DNA of 64,000 bases from an uncultured Clostridia bacterium (lineage in GTDB: Bacteria; Bacillota; Clostridia; TANB77; CAG-465). The notes beneath the pieces were generated by a model. That model saw only the letters and a list, made by a program, of their open reading frames with translations, was not told the origin of the DNA and ran no database searches. The stretch covers positions 58,156 to 122,155 of the forward strand of contig CALXJI010000004.1 in NCBI GenBank assembly GCA_944388585.1, read 5' to 3'. Numbering within the stretch: position 1 is the first letter of the stretch; each line of letters starts with the position of its first letter. Below, piece after piece: positions 28,364 to 38,141 of this stretch. Made by a program: the position numbers and the translations under genes.

Positions 28364-31300
28364 CTTTATCCTCCTTAATCTCTATTTCTTTATTTAAATT
28401 AAAAGAATATATATATACTTTATCTACATTATATTTAGTCAATTTATTAATTGCCTCTTTATATATGTCAAGCTGTATCTTATATCTTTTAATAAATTCG
28501 CTTTCATCTTCTAGCCTGTCTGTTTTAAAATCTACAAGTATAGCTTTTCCGTCCACAACAAAAAACAAATCTATAACACCTTGTATCAAGCTATTAGATA
28601 TAGTTTTGTCATCTAATATAAACTCATACTCTCTAAAAATAGCAGTTGCATTTTTTATATTTCTTCCGATATTTGAATTTAAGAAACTATATATTTTATT
28701 GATACTTATATATTTTTTATCATACTCATTTATTATCCCATCTTCATATAGATTATCTATATATTTTTTTATTTCTTGTTTAGTATTAAGACTAAAATCT
28801 AAATTTTGAAGTATAAAATGTATTAAAATACCTTTTCTTACAGCAGTATATGTATTTTTATCTTCACTTAGCTCATATGGCATTTTAAATTTTTCATTTA
28901 CTAATTCTTCATCTGATTCATCTTTAAATTTTACCACCACGTCTTGACTGTTTTCCTTTTTTAAATTACTAACACTAATTCTTGCAGGAGACATTGTATC
29001 TTCAATATATTTATATTCTCCATCAAAAGTATTTTTTAACTTTTCTATTATATTTTCATCTCTTTTTAACTCTTTACTTTTAAAGATATCTTTTAATTTG
29101 TCTGACATAGATATATTGGATAAATTTTCTTCTTTTATCTTAAATAATTCTTTTAAATTGTCATCAGTAATTTTAGAGTTAATTTTTAAATGTACAATAT
29201 CTAAAATATTTTTGTCTTTATCATATTCGTTATAATATTTTATAACTGGTAGTAGATTTTTATAATAACTTGTATTTAGAGATATAAGTGTTTCATTAAA
29301 TTTATTATTTTTTAAATTAATAGATTGCATGTTGTAATCTTTTTCAAAATCACTTACTGTAGCAAATAAATATAATTTTTCTTTAGCTCTAGTAAGTGCA
29401 ACATATAATAGTCTCATCTCCTCAGATTTTGTCTCTTTTTCTATTACAGCTTTTACAGATTGTTTTATAACTGAAGGATATGTAACTCCTAGGTTTTGAT
29501 TTACTACATCTATTCCTATTCCATAACTATGATGTAATAACACTTTTTGCTGTCTTGCATCTTTAAAATTATATCCTTTTGCACAGTCCGCCAAAATTAC
29601 AATAGGAAATTCCAAGCCCTTTGATTTATGTATTGTCATTATTCTTACTACATTTTCATTTTCTCCTATTATCTTAGCAGCAGAACTTGAAGTATCTTGT
29701 TTATCTTTTAAGCTATCTACATATCTAATATATGAATTTAATGTATTACCTGCAGATGAATAAAAATTTGAAGCAAGCTCTATTAAATAATCCAAATTTG
29801 CTTTTTTAGACTGTGCATCTTCTTCCAAGTCAAATTGATAATATATATTTGTATCTTTATATATTCTAACTAAAAGATCTGAAATATTATATATTTTAGA
29901 ATATTTGATATATTTTTCAATTAATCTTAAAAAAACATCTATTTTACTTACCAATTCTTTTTCATCTTTTATAAACTCATCATCATTTAATATATTATTT
30001 AGTGTATCATAAACATATGATTTGTTATCATAAAGTCTAATCTTTGTAATTTCATCTAATGTAAAGCCACCAATAATACTATACATGATACTTACCATAT
30101 AAACATCTTGATACGGATTATCTAATATTTTTAAAAATGATAATATTAGTTTTACTTCATCTCCTTCAAAAATACTACTAGAAGTATCACAAAATACTGG
30201 TATATCGTTTTCTTTTAAGACTTGTTCTATTATATCTGACTTATTTTTTATTCCTCTTAAAAGTATTACTATATCTTTATATGTAGCATTTCTTAATGTA
30301 TTATCTTGAGATGATACTTTAACATTTTGTATAATATCCTTTATTCTATATGCAATACATTTTGCTTCAATTTGTGTAGAGGTTAAATCCTCATCTATAT
30401 CTTCTTGCTCTTCATTTTCTTCAAAAATACTTTTTTCTTCTTCTTTTAAATCTATTATATTTATTTGAGTATTATACATATCTTTTTCGTTTTCAATATA
30501 ATTTGTATTTCCACACTTTAAAGTCTCATCACTGTCATAATTGCATTGACCATTTTTCATACTCATTATTTTTTCAAAAATATAATTTATCCCGTCTATT
30601 ACTTGATACCTACTCCTAAAATTTTTAGAGAGTATTATTTTTGAGTTTAAATCTTCTTCACTACACTCATCGCTCTTTTTATATGTAATATACTTTTCAT
30701 TAAATATATCTGGACGTGCCTGTCTAAAACCATATATACTTTGCTTTATATCACCTACCATAAATCTATTATTTTCTTTAGATATAGCTTCTAATATTTT
30801 TTCTTGAACAAAACTTGTGTCTTGATACTCGTCTGTATAAATTTCTTTATATCTATTCTTTAGAGAAACTGCTATATCTGTTAAATTATATTGTTTATCT
30901 AACAATAGTTCTAATGCATAATGCATTATATCATTAAATTCAGCTACCCCTTGTACTCTTTTTTCCTCTTTAAACCTTGCATCAAATTCTACAAGGAAAT
31001 TGTACAAATAGCTTAAATAACTGTATGCTATTTTATTATCTTCTATTATCTCTTTACTTTTTGCATATATTCTCTTTTTACATTTTTCTACAACATCTTT
31101 TACTTCACTTTTTCTAAAAGTAGATATTTCTTCTTTTAGATCTATATCTGATACTTTACCAATATTAAATCTTTTAAACTCAATCTCATTTATATTATCA
31201 TATAAAATATCCCAATTTGGCATGTCAATATTTATACAATTTTTAAGCATATAAACATCTTCATTTAAAAGTTCAAAACACTTATTAAACTCTTCATTTG

Positions 31301-32033
31301 ACTGTATTTTATCTAAATATTCATCATATTTTATAATACAAAGTTCTATCTCATCTACTATATCTTGATAAATATCTTTTCCAAAATCTGTGTTATATAA
31401 GTCAACATCTTCATTTATATTATATTTTTCTATCTGTTCTCTTAACCATTCAAAAGGATAAGGAAATGACTGAATATAGTTATATATTCTTAATATATTT
31501 TCTAAAAGTTCCTCATCTTTTCCATTGAATAATTCTAATATATTATATAGCCCAAAAGCATCTTTTTTATCTACATATCCTTCATACTCATTTTCTAAAA
31601 GCTCTTCTAATATTTTTGCTTTTATTAAAATACTTTGAGATTCCTCACATATTTTTATATTTGGATCTATATTTAAAATATTAAAATTCTCTTTTACAAG
31701 TCTTAAACAAAACGCATCTATTGTAGTTATGTTTGCTCTATTTATATATATCAATTGATTTTTTAAATGATTAATTTGCTTTATATCTTTTTGTGTATTT
31801 AAAGCTTTATATATAGCATTTAATATCTTTTCCTTTAACTCTTGTGCTGCAGCATTTGTAAATGTAACAACCAATATCTTATCTACATCTAAATACTCAT
31901 TTACAACTTTTTGTATTATTCTTTCAACAAGTACTGCTGTTTTACCACTTCCTGCAGATGCACTTACTAAAATATTTTTATCTCTTTTTTCTATTGCTTC
32001 ACTTTGCTCTTTAGTCCACTTAGTCTTTGACAT
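28356..32033 (-). CDS. addA: Helicase-nuclease AddA
   Basis: SASAGSGKT, DEYQD, TIHKSKGLEF, C-terminal GVID...VDFKTD nuclease. Confidence 0.9.
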   Translation of the reverse strand: MSKTKWTKEQSEAIEKRDKNILVSASAGSGKTAVLVERIIQKVVNEYLDVDKILVVTFTNAAAQELKEKILNAIYKALNTQKDIKQINHLKNQLIYINRANITTIDAFCLRLVKENFNILNIDPNIKICEESQSILIKAKILEELLENEYEGYVDKKDAFGLYNILELFNGKDEELLENILRIYNYIQSFPYPFEWLREQIEKYNINEDVDLYNTDFGKDIYQDIVDEIELCIIKYDEYLDKIQSNEEFNKCFELLNEDVYMLKNCINIDMPNWDILYDNINEIEFKRFNIGKVSDIDLKEEISTFRKSEVKDVVEKCKKRIYAKSKEIIEDNKIAYSYLSYLYNFLVEFDARFKEEKRVQGVAEFNDIMHYALELLLDKQYNLTDIAVSLKNRYKEIYTDEYQDTSFVQEKILEAISKENNRFMVGDIKQSIYGFRQARPDIFNEKYITYKKSDECSEEDLNSKIILSKNFRSRYQVIDGINYIFEKIMSMKNGQCNYDSDETLKCGNTNYIENEKDMYNTQINIIDLKEEEKSIFEENEEQEDIDEDLTSTQIEAKCIAYRIKDIIQNVKVSSQDNTLRNATYKDIVILLRGIKNKSDIIEQVLKENDIPVFCDTSSSIFEGDEVKLILSFLKILDNPYQDVYMVSIMYSIIGGFTLDEITKIRLYDNKSYVYDTLNNILNDDEFIKDEKELVSKIDVFLRLIEKYIKYSKIYNISDLLVRIYKDTNIYYQFDLEEDAQSKKANLDYLIELASNFYSSAGNTLNSYIRYVDSLKDKQDTSSSAAKIIGENENVVRIMTIHKSKGLEFPIVILADCAKGYNFKDARQQKVLLHHSYGIGIDVVNQNLGVTYPSVIKQSVKAVIEKETKSEEMRLLYVALTRAKEKLYLFATVSDFEKDYNMQSINLKNNKFNETLISLNTSYYKNLLPVIKYYNEYDKDKNILDIVHLKINSKITDDNLKELFKIKEENLSNISMSDKLKDIFKSKELKRDENIIEKLKNTFDGEYKYIEDTMSPARISVSNLKKENSQDVVVKFKDESDEELVNEKFKMPYELSEDKNTYTAVRKGILIHFILQNLDFSLNTKQEIKKYIDNLYEDGIINEYDKKYISINKIYSFLNSNIGRNIKNATAIFREYEFILDDKTISNSLIQGVIDLFFVVDGKAILVDFKTDRLEDESEFIKRYKIQLDIYKEAINKLTKYNVDKVYIYSFNLNKEIEIKEDKDE

Positions 32034-32174
32034 ACTCTCTCTCCTTTTTTATATATTTTATATTTTCTTTTTCAATTTTGCAACCATTTTCTATGTTTAA
32101 TTATTAAGGTTATAAAATGTATATTGTAATTGCTATTTACTAACATTTTTGGTATAATTATATTGGTGATTTTC

Positions 32175-32675
32175 TTGGAAAAAATAACAGATAAAAATGT
32201 AGATAATATACTAGATATAATATTCAATACTAAAAATTCTTTTGAATATGAATATATATCTAAAAATGTAGATGACACAAAATGGCTTGCAAGACTTTTT
32301 GCAAAATATCTAAAAAAAGGAGATATTATAACGTTAAATGGAGAACTAGGATCTGGAAAAACTGTATTTTTAAATGGTATAGCAAGTTATTTTAATATAG
32401 AAAATGATGTATGTAGTCCAACATTTACAATAGTAAATGAGTATAACATAAATAAAGAATATCCTATATACCATTTTGATGTTTATAGAATTAAAGATAG
32501 TCAAGAATTTTTAGATGACATTGGAACTGAATATTTTGAGGATGGAATATGTTTGATTGAATGGGGAGATGAAATAATACAAGACATCTTACCCAAAAAT
32601 ACAATTCATATAGATATTCAAAAAGATAACGGTAATATAAATACAAGATATTTTAAAATTTGGAGGAAAAGCTAA
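32175..32675 (+). CDS. tsaE: t6A biosynthesis ATPase TsaE
   Basis: GELGSGKT, SPTF, YHFDVYR, IEW; probable TTG start after GGTGA. Confidence 0.9.
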   Translation: MEKITDKNVDNILDIIFNTKNSFEYEYISKNVDDTKWLARLFAKYLKKGDIITLNGELGSGKTVFLNGIASYFNIENDVCSPTFTIVNEYNINKEYPIYHFDVYRIKDSQEFLDDIGTEYFEDGICLIEWGDEIIQDILPKNTIHIDIQKDNGNINTRYFKIWRKS

Positions 32676-33373
32676 TGAATATTTTAGGAATAGATACAAC
32701 AACAAAGATTGCAAGTTGTAGTGTATTAAATGATGAAAAATATTATATAAAATCTATAAATAATGAAATTACACACTCTGAAAAATTACTGCCAATAGTT
32801 AATAAAACTCTAATAGAGTCAGGCACAGACTTAGATGGTATAAATATACTTGCTTGCATAAATGGTCCAGGATCTTTTACAGGACTTCGTATAGGACTTG
32901 CAACTATTAAAGCTTTTGCACAAGTTAAAGACTTACCAATATTTTCTATCTCATCTATAGATTTAATCTCTTACTGTGCTTACACAAAGCTTGACGAAAA
33001 AAAAGAGTCATATATACTTTCTCTAATTGATGCAAGAAACAACAGAGTATATTATGGCATAAACAAATTAAGCTTTAAAGATAATAAAATATTAATAGAA
33101 AAAGTAAAAGACGTAGATAATGATACAATAGACAATGTTTTATCTAGTATAAAAGATAAAGATTTAGTTATAGCTGGAAATTGTATAAATAAATTTAGAG
33201 ATAACCTATCTTCTATCTCTACCAAACTAATAGATATATATCCTACAACTAATGATTTAATAAATTGTTATTTAAATTTAGCTGATACATCAAAATATAT
33301 GTATAATGCTTATAGTCTTGATGCATTATATGCTAGAAAATCTCAAGCTGAAAGAATGTCTGCTCATGAATAA
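32675..33373 (+). CDS. tsaB: t6A biosynthesis protein TsaB
   Basis: ILGIDTT, HSEKL, GPGSFTGLRIG, IDAR; TAATG overlap with tsaE. Confidence 0.92.
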   Translation: MNILGIDTTTKIASCSVLNDEKYYIKSINNEITHSEKLLPIVNKTLIESGTDLDGINILACINGPGSFTGLRIGLATIKAFAQVKDLPIFSISSIDLISYCAYTKLDEKKESYILSLIDARNNRVYYGINKLSFKDNKILIEKVKDVDNDTIDNVLSSIKDKDLVIAGNCINKFRDNLSSISTKLIDIYPTTNDLINCYLNLADTSKYMYNAYSLDALYARKSQAERMSAHE

Positions 33374-33815
33374 TATTAAAATATATAAAATGACAAAAGA
33401 CGATATACAAGATGTTTTAAATCTAGAAAAAAGTCATAATATAAAAATACTATCAAAAAATTTGTTAGAAAATGAGATTGAAAGCAAAAATGCATATTAT
33501 ATAGTTGCTAAAGTAAATGATAATATAGTAGGATATGCAGGAATATCTTATGTATTAGATAATGCAGATTTAATATCTATCGTTGTAGATAAAGATAAAA
33601 CAAATATGAGCATTGCAACACATATGCTAAACAATATTATATCTTTTTGTAAAAATAATAATATTATTGAGATTATGCTTGAAGTAAGATGCTCTAACAT
33701 CCCTGCACAAAAACTATATAAAAAATTTGGATTTAAACAAATATCTATAAGAAAAAAATACTATGATAATTTAGAAGATGCATATATAATGAAACTAAAT
33801 ATAAAAAGAGCTTAA
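33366..33815 (+). CDS. rimI: Ribosomal protein S18 alanine N-acetyltransferase
   Basis: LEVRCSN..AQKLYKKFGF...RKKYY..EDA; tsaE-tsaB context. Confidence 0.85.
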   Translation: MNNIKIYKMTKDDIQDVLNLEKSHNIKILSKNLLENEIESKNAYYIVAKVNDNIVGYAGISYVLDNADLISIVVDKDKTNMSIATHMLNNIISFCKNNNIIEIMLEVRCSNIPAQKLYKKFGFKQISIRKKYYDNLEDAYIMKLNIKRA

Positions 33816-33835
33816 CATAGAGTTAAGCTCTTTTT
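33803..33835. terminator. Bidirectional terminator
   Basis: AAAAAGAGCTTAAC / GTTAAGCTCTTTTT perfect stem. Confidence 0.8.
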
Positions 33836-34510
33836 TTATAATTCAATATTTGTTTGTTCTACCTTTTGATTATATTCATCTATAAATGTTTGACTATTAG
33901 ATTTTAATGTGTCATTTTCAATAAACCAAACATCTTTATTATCTTTCATATAAGTTAAAACATCTATTAATGAATTTAAATATCCATCAAATTTAGCATC
34001 TGTTTCTTTTATTTTATTTACTCCATCAGCTAATTTTATTTGTGCTAATATATCTTTATATTCTTGTACATATTTTCCTTTAAGTCCATTATTTGCAGCT
34101 TTTTCATCTATTTTTGTCTCATCAATTAAATCATTTAATGTTGCAATTAAATTTTGATCCTCAGTTTTAATTGTGTTTAATGTTTCAAGTGTAGTATTAA
34201 ATTCTGGTCCGTCATTTTTATAATTTTCTATATTAAGAGCTTTAATATTTGCAACTTCATCATAATTTTCTCTTAAAGCATTAATTGAATCATAATATGC
34301 TTTAAAGTCTTCTTTTACAAGTTTTTCAACAATTCCATATTGACCAGATGTTTTTATCTCCATATTGATATTTGTTTCAGATAAACTATTAATTTCTTCT
34401 GTTAATTTATTTTTAGCACTAATGTCTCTATAAACTAAAAATAAAACCACTCCTATTACTATTATAGCAACTACAACTAAAATAGCTATTATTGTCTTTT
34501 GCTTTTTCAT
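33836..34510 (-). CDS. Membrane-anchored helical hypothetical protein
   Basis: N-terminal TM segment, coiled-coil-like body. Confidence 0.65.
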   Translation of the reverse strand: MKKQKTIIAILVVVAIIVIGVVLFLVYRDISAKNKLTEEINSLSETNINMEIKTSGQYGIVEKLVKEDFKAYYDSINALRENYDEVANIKALNIENYKNDGPEFNTTLETLNTIKTEDQNLIATLNDLIDETKIDEKAANNGLKGKYVQEYKDILAQIKLADGVNKIKETDAKFDGYLNSLIDVLTYMKDNKDVWFIENDTLKSNSQTFIDEYNQKVEQTNIEL

Positions 34511-34766
34511 ACATCACCTTGTAAAGTACTTGTCTACTTTACTCTCCTTTCTTTCTAACTTAATCAATGCATATATTTACATTTTTATATACATTTAAAT
34601 TATACAACTAAATAAATTTAAAGTAAATACTTTTATTATTTTTTACCTTTTTCGATGAATTTAAACAAAGAAAAAATTTTTCTGTAATTTAAGTTGAATA
34701 TTTTTTACATATACTATACAATGTAAGTAAGGTTTACAAAAGAAAAAATTGGAGGTAATAACATAT

Positions 34767-37181
34767 ATGAAGAAAATTAAGGAACTTAAGTCTTCTAGTT
34801 TAAATAATACTTTTAACGTAGATAGTTTACAATTTACAACAACAGATGAAATTGAGCCATTTAATGGAATTATAGGTCAAGAAAGAGCACTTGAAGCAAT
34901 AAAATCTGCAATGCAAATTCCACAAAAAGGATTTAATTTGTATATATCAGGTACACTTGGAATTGGAAAAACTGCATACGCTCTATCTGTAGTAAATTCT
35001 TTAAGTGAAAAATTACCAGTACCCCAAGATTACTGCTATATTAATAATTTTGAAAATCCAAATGAGCCTATAGCAGTATGTCTTGCTCCAGGTGAAGGTA
35101 TGGAATTTAAACAAGATATGAATAGATTTATTAACTCAATAATTACACGTATTAATAAAGAACTAACTGGTGATATGTATGAAAAAGAAAAGAAAACTAT
35201 TGTAGATAGGTATAAAAGAGCTAAAGAAAACTTAATGCGTGAGTTTGATAAATCTACTTTTGAAAAAGGATTTAAGGTACGTAACACAGAAAATGGTATT
35301 TATTTCTCACCTGTTCATAATGGTGTTGTACTTGATGAAAAATCTTTTAAAGTATTAGACGAAAAAACAAAAAAATACTTTGAAGAAAAAAGTCCAGAAA
35401 TTCAAGAACAAACTCTACAAGTGTTAAAAGAATTAGATGCACTAGATAAAAAATGTGAACAAGTTTTAAAAGAATGGGAAAATAATCTAGCTACATTTGC
35501 AGTAACACAATGTATGAGTGATTTAAAAATAAAATATAAGAAAAATCTAAAAATACAAAATTTCTTATACTCTATTCAAAGTGATGTTGTAAAAAATGTA
35601 GAATTCTTTAAAAAAGATAATTCTGAAAAAGATTTAAAAATGATGAGTAATCCTTATCTTATGCAGCAGATGATGAAAGCAAAAAATCAAAAGCCATGGG
35701 AAAGATATCGTGTAAATTTAGTAATAAATAATGATAGACTTCAGCATGCACCTGTAGTTTTATGTAAAAATCCAAACTATTTTGACTTATTTGGAAAACT
35801 AGAGTTTGAAAGCACTCCTCAGGGCACTAAAACCAACTATAGTATGCTAAAACCAGGTCTTATTCACAAAGCAAATGGTGGTTTTTTAATAATAAATATA
35901 AGAGATCTATTACTTAGTGCTCCTACTTGGGAAGCTTTTAAAAGAGTATTAAGAAATCAAGAATTAGCTATTGATAGCTCACGTGATATTCATCAACCAA
36001 TTACTGTTGTATCTTTAAAACCAGAGCCTATACCAATAAATATGCAAGTTATATTAATAGGATCTGAACTTCATTATCAACAACTTTGCGCTATGGATGC
36101 AGACTTTAAAAAACTATTTAAAGTAAAAGCTGATTTCGATGATACATACGATAGAAATAAAGAAAATGTTAAAAAACTTGTTCAATTTATAGCTTATGTT
36201 TGTAAAAAGCATTCTCTTCTACCTTTTGATAAAACTGGTGTAAAAGAAATAATTGAATATAGTTCAAAATGTGCAGGAAATCAAAATAAATTAACTGCAA
36301 TAATGCAAGATATATCAGATTTAATTATAGAATCTAACTTCATTGCAACAAGCTCAAGAAAAAAAATTATAACAGATTACGAAGTACAAAAAGCACTTGA
36401 AGCTAAAACAAAAAGATTTTCTAAATACAATGATGCTTTAAATAAAATGATTAAACAAGGTGATATAATAATTTCTACTAGTGGTAAAAAAGTAGGTCAA
36501 ATTAATGGTCTTACTATAGCAGTATCAGGAGATTGCTCATTTGGCCAACCAGTAAGAATTACTGCTAATACATTTATTGGAAAAAGTGGAGTTCTAAATA
36601 TTGAAAGAGAAGTATCTATGAGCGGTAAATCTCATTCAAAAGGAGTTTTTATCCTTTCTGCATACATAGGTGAAAAATATGCACAAGATATACCGCTTTC
36701 TCTTACTGCAAGTATATGCTTTGAACAATTATACAATCCTATAGACGGTGATAGTGCTTCCTCTACTGAGCTTTATGCTATATTATCTTCTCTTGCAGAT
36801 GTACCTATTAATCAAAGTCTTGCAGTAACTGGATCAGTTAACCAAAAAGGTGAAATACAGCCAATCGGTGGAGTTACAGACAAAATTGAAGGATTTTTTA
36901 AAGTATGTAAAGAAAAAGGACTAAATGAAGAAAATGGTGTTTTAATACCATATCAAAATATAAAAAATCTAACTTTAAGTGATGAAATAGTTGAAGCAGT
37001 TAAATCTGGAAAATTCCATATTTATCCTGTAAATTCAATTGATGAAGGAATAGAAATATTAACTGGAATACCAGCTGGAAAACAAAATGAAGATGGAACT
37101 TACGAAGAAGGAACTATTAATTATTTAGTATATAAAAAGTTAGAAAAATACGCACAAAATAGTGCAAAATATAATAATTAG
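34767..37181 (+). CDS. Lon-like (LonC-type) protease
   Basis: IIGQERA, GTLGIGKT, degenerate Walker B, DGDSAS catalytic Ser, IGGVTDKIEG Lys. Confidence 0.88.
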   Translation: MKKIKELKSSSLNNTFNVDSLQFTTTDEIEPFNGIIGQERALEAIKSAMQIPQKGFNLYISGTLGIGKTAYALSVVNSLSEKLPVPQDYCYINNFENPNEPIAVCLAPGEGMEFKQDMNRFINSIITRINKELTGDMYEKEKKTIVDRYKRAKENLMREFDKSTFEKGFKVRNTENGIYFSPVHNGVVLDEKSFKVLDEKTKKYFEEKSPEIQEQTLQVLKELDALDKKCEQVLKEWENNLATFAVTQCMSDLKIKYKKNLKIQNFLYSIQSDVVKNVEFFKKDNSEKDLKMMSNPYLMQQMMKAKNQKPWERYRVNLVINNDRLQHAPVVLCKNPNYFDLFGKLEFESTPQGTKTNYSMLKPGLIHKANGGFLIINIRDLLLSAPTWEAFKRVLRNQELAIDSSRDIHQPITVVSLKPEPIPINMQVILIGSELHYQQLCAMDADFKKLFKVKADFDDTYDRNKENVKKLVQFIAYVCKKHSLLPFDKTGVKEIIEYSSKCAGNQNKLTAIMQDISDLIIESNFIATSSRKKIITDYEVQKALEAKTKRFSKYNDALNKMIKQGDIIISTSGKKVGQINGLTIAVSGDCSFGQPVRITANTFIGKSGVLNIEREVSMSGKSHSKGVFILSAYIGEKYAQDIPLSLTASICFEQLYNPIDGDSASSTELYAILSSLADVPINQSLAVTGSVNQKGEIQPIGGVTDKIEGFFKVCKEKGLNEENGVLIPYQNIKNLTLSDEIVEAVKSGKFHIYPVNSIDEGIEILTGIPAGKQNEDGTYEEGTINYLVYKKLEKYAQNSAKYNN

Positions 37182-37210
37182 AGTACCAAGTTAAAAAGTT
37201 ACTTATATAT

Positions 37211-37243
37211 AAAATACCTTAACTAAAAAAGTTAAGGTATTTT
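37211..37243. terminator. Bidirectional terminator
   Basis: AAAATACCTTAAC / GTTAAGGTATTTT. Confidence 0.8.
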
Positions 37244-37270
37244 ATTATCTATATATTATAATTAATATAT

Positions 37271-38140
37271 TTATATATTATTGATTAAACTCTCAAGTAT
37301 AGTTTTAGCTATTACTTTTGTCTTACTATCTATATCCCTTAAAGGGTTATATTCTACTAAATCTAATGATTTCAATTTATTTTTATATTTTATTATTTGG
37401 TCTACTGCCTCATATGCTTCTTCTAAATTAATTCCATCTTTTGCTGGAACTGATACTCCTGGACATATAACAGGATCAATTACGTCCAAATCATAACTTA
37501 TATGCATTCCATTTGTATTATCACAGGCAATTTTTACTGCCTCTTCCATAACTGCTTTCATTCCTTTTTCATGTACTTCTTCTGTAGTAAACACTGTAAC
37601 TCCTGCATCTTTTAAATTTTCTTGTTCTAATGGATCTATATCTCTTCCACCAACTATCACAGTATTTTTAGGATTATAAAAAGAACCATTATGAAAATCT
37701 GCTAAATACATCTTTTCATATCCATCAATTACTGCAAGTGGTAATCCATGTATATTTCCTGTTATAGTTGTTTTGAATGTATTATAATCTCCATGTGCAT
37801 CTATCCAAATTATTCCTAAATTTTGATTTTTCTTTATTGAAGCAAGTGCAGATGCAATAACTAAACTATGATCACCACCTATTGTAAGTGGAAATTTCTT
37901 TTCATCTATACTTTTTAATACTCTATTATATAGCTCTATATTAAATTCGTTTAATTTTTTTAAATTTTTCTTTTTATTATCTTTCTCTTTTTCTTTTCCA
38001 TCTTCATCAGCATGTAATATGTATATATTACCTACATTTTCGTTACTAAAGTCTTCTGTTAATATTTCAGGTCCAAGTGCCGCACCATCAACTGATACAC
38101 CCAAGTCTGTACATGCATCTATTATGTCTATCTTTCTCAT
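37271..38140 (-). CDS. Arginase
   Basis: GGDHS, DAHGD, TGNIHGLP, SYDLDVIDP; start ATG 38140. Confidence 0.85.
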   Translation of the reverse strand: MRKIDIIDACTDLGVSVDGAALGPEILTEDFSNENVGNIYILHADEDGKEKEKDNKKKNLKKLNEFNIELYNRVLKSIDEKKFPLTIGGDHSLVIASALASIKKNQNLGIIWIDAHGDYNTFKTTITGNIHGLPLAVIDGYEKMYLADFHNGSFYNPKNTVIVGGRDIDPLEQENLKDAGVTVFTTEEVHEKGMKAVMEEAVKIACDNTNGMHISYDLDVIDPVICPGVSVPAKDGINLEEAYEAVDQIIKYKNKLKSLDLVEYNPLRDIDSKTKVIAKTILESLINNI

Positions 38141-38141
38141 C

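Noticed and set aside
32175-33815. tsaD missing from tsaE-tsaB-rimI
   Set aside because: tsaD is often encoded separately; uninformative without the whole genome.
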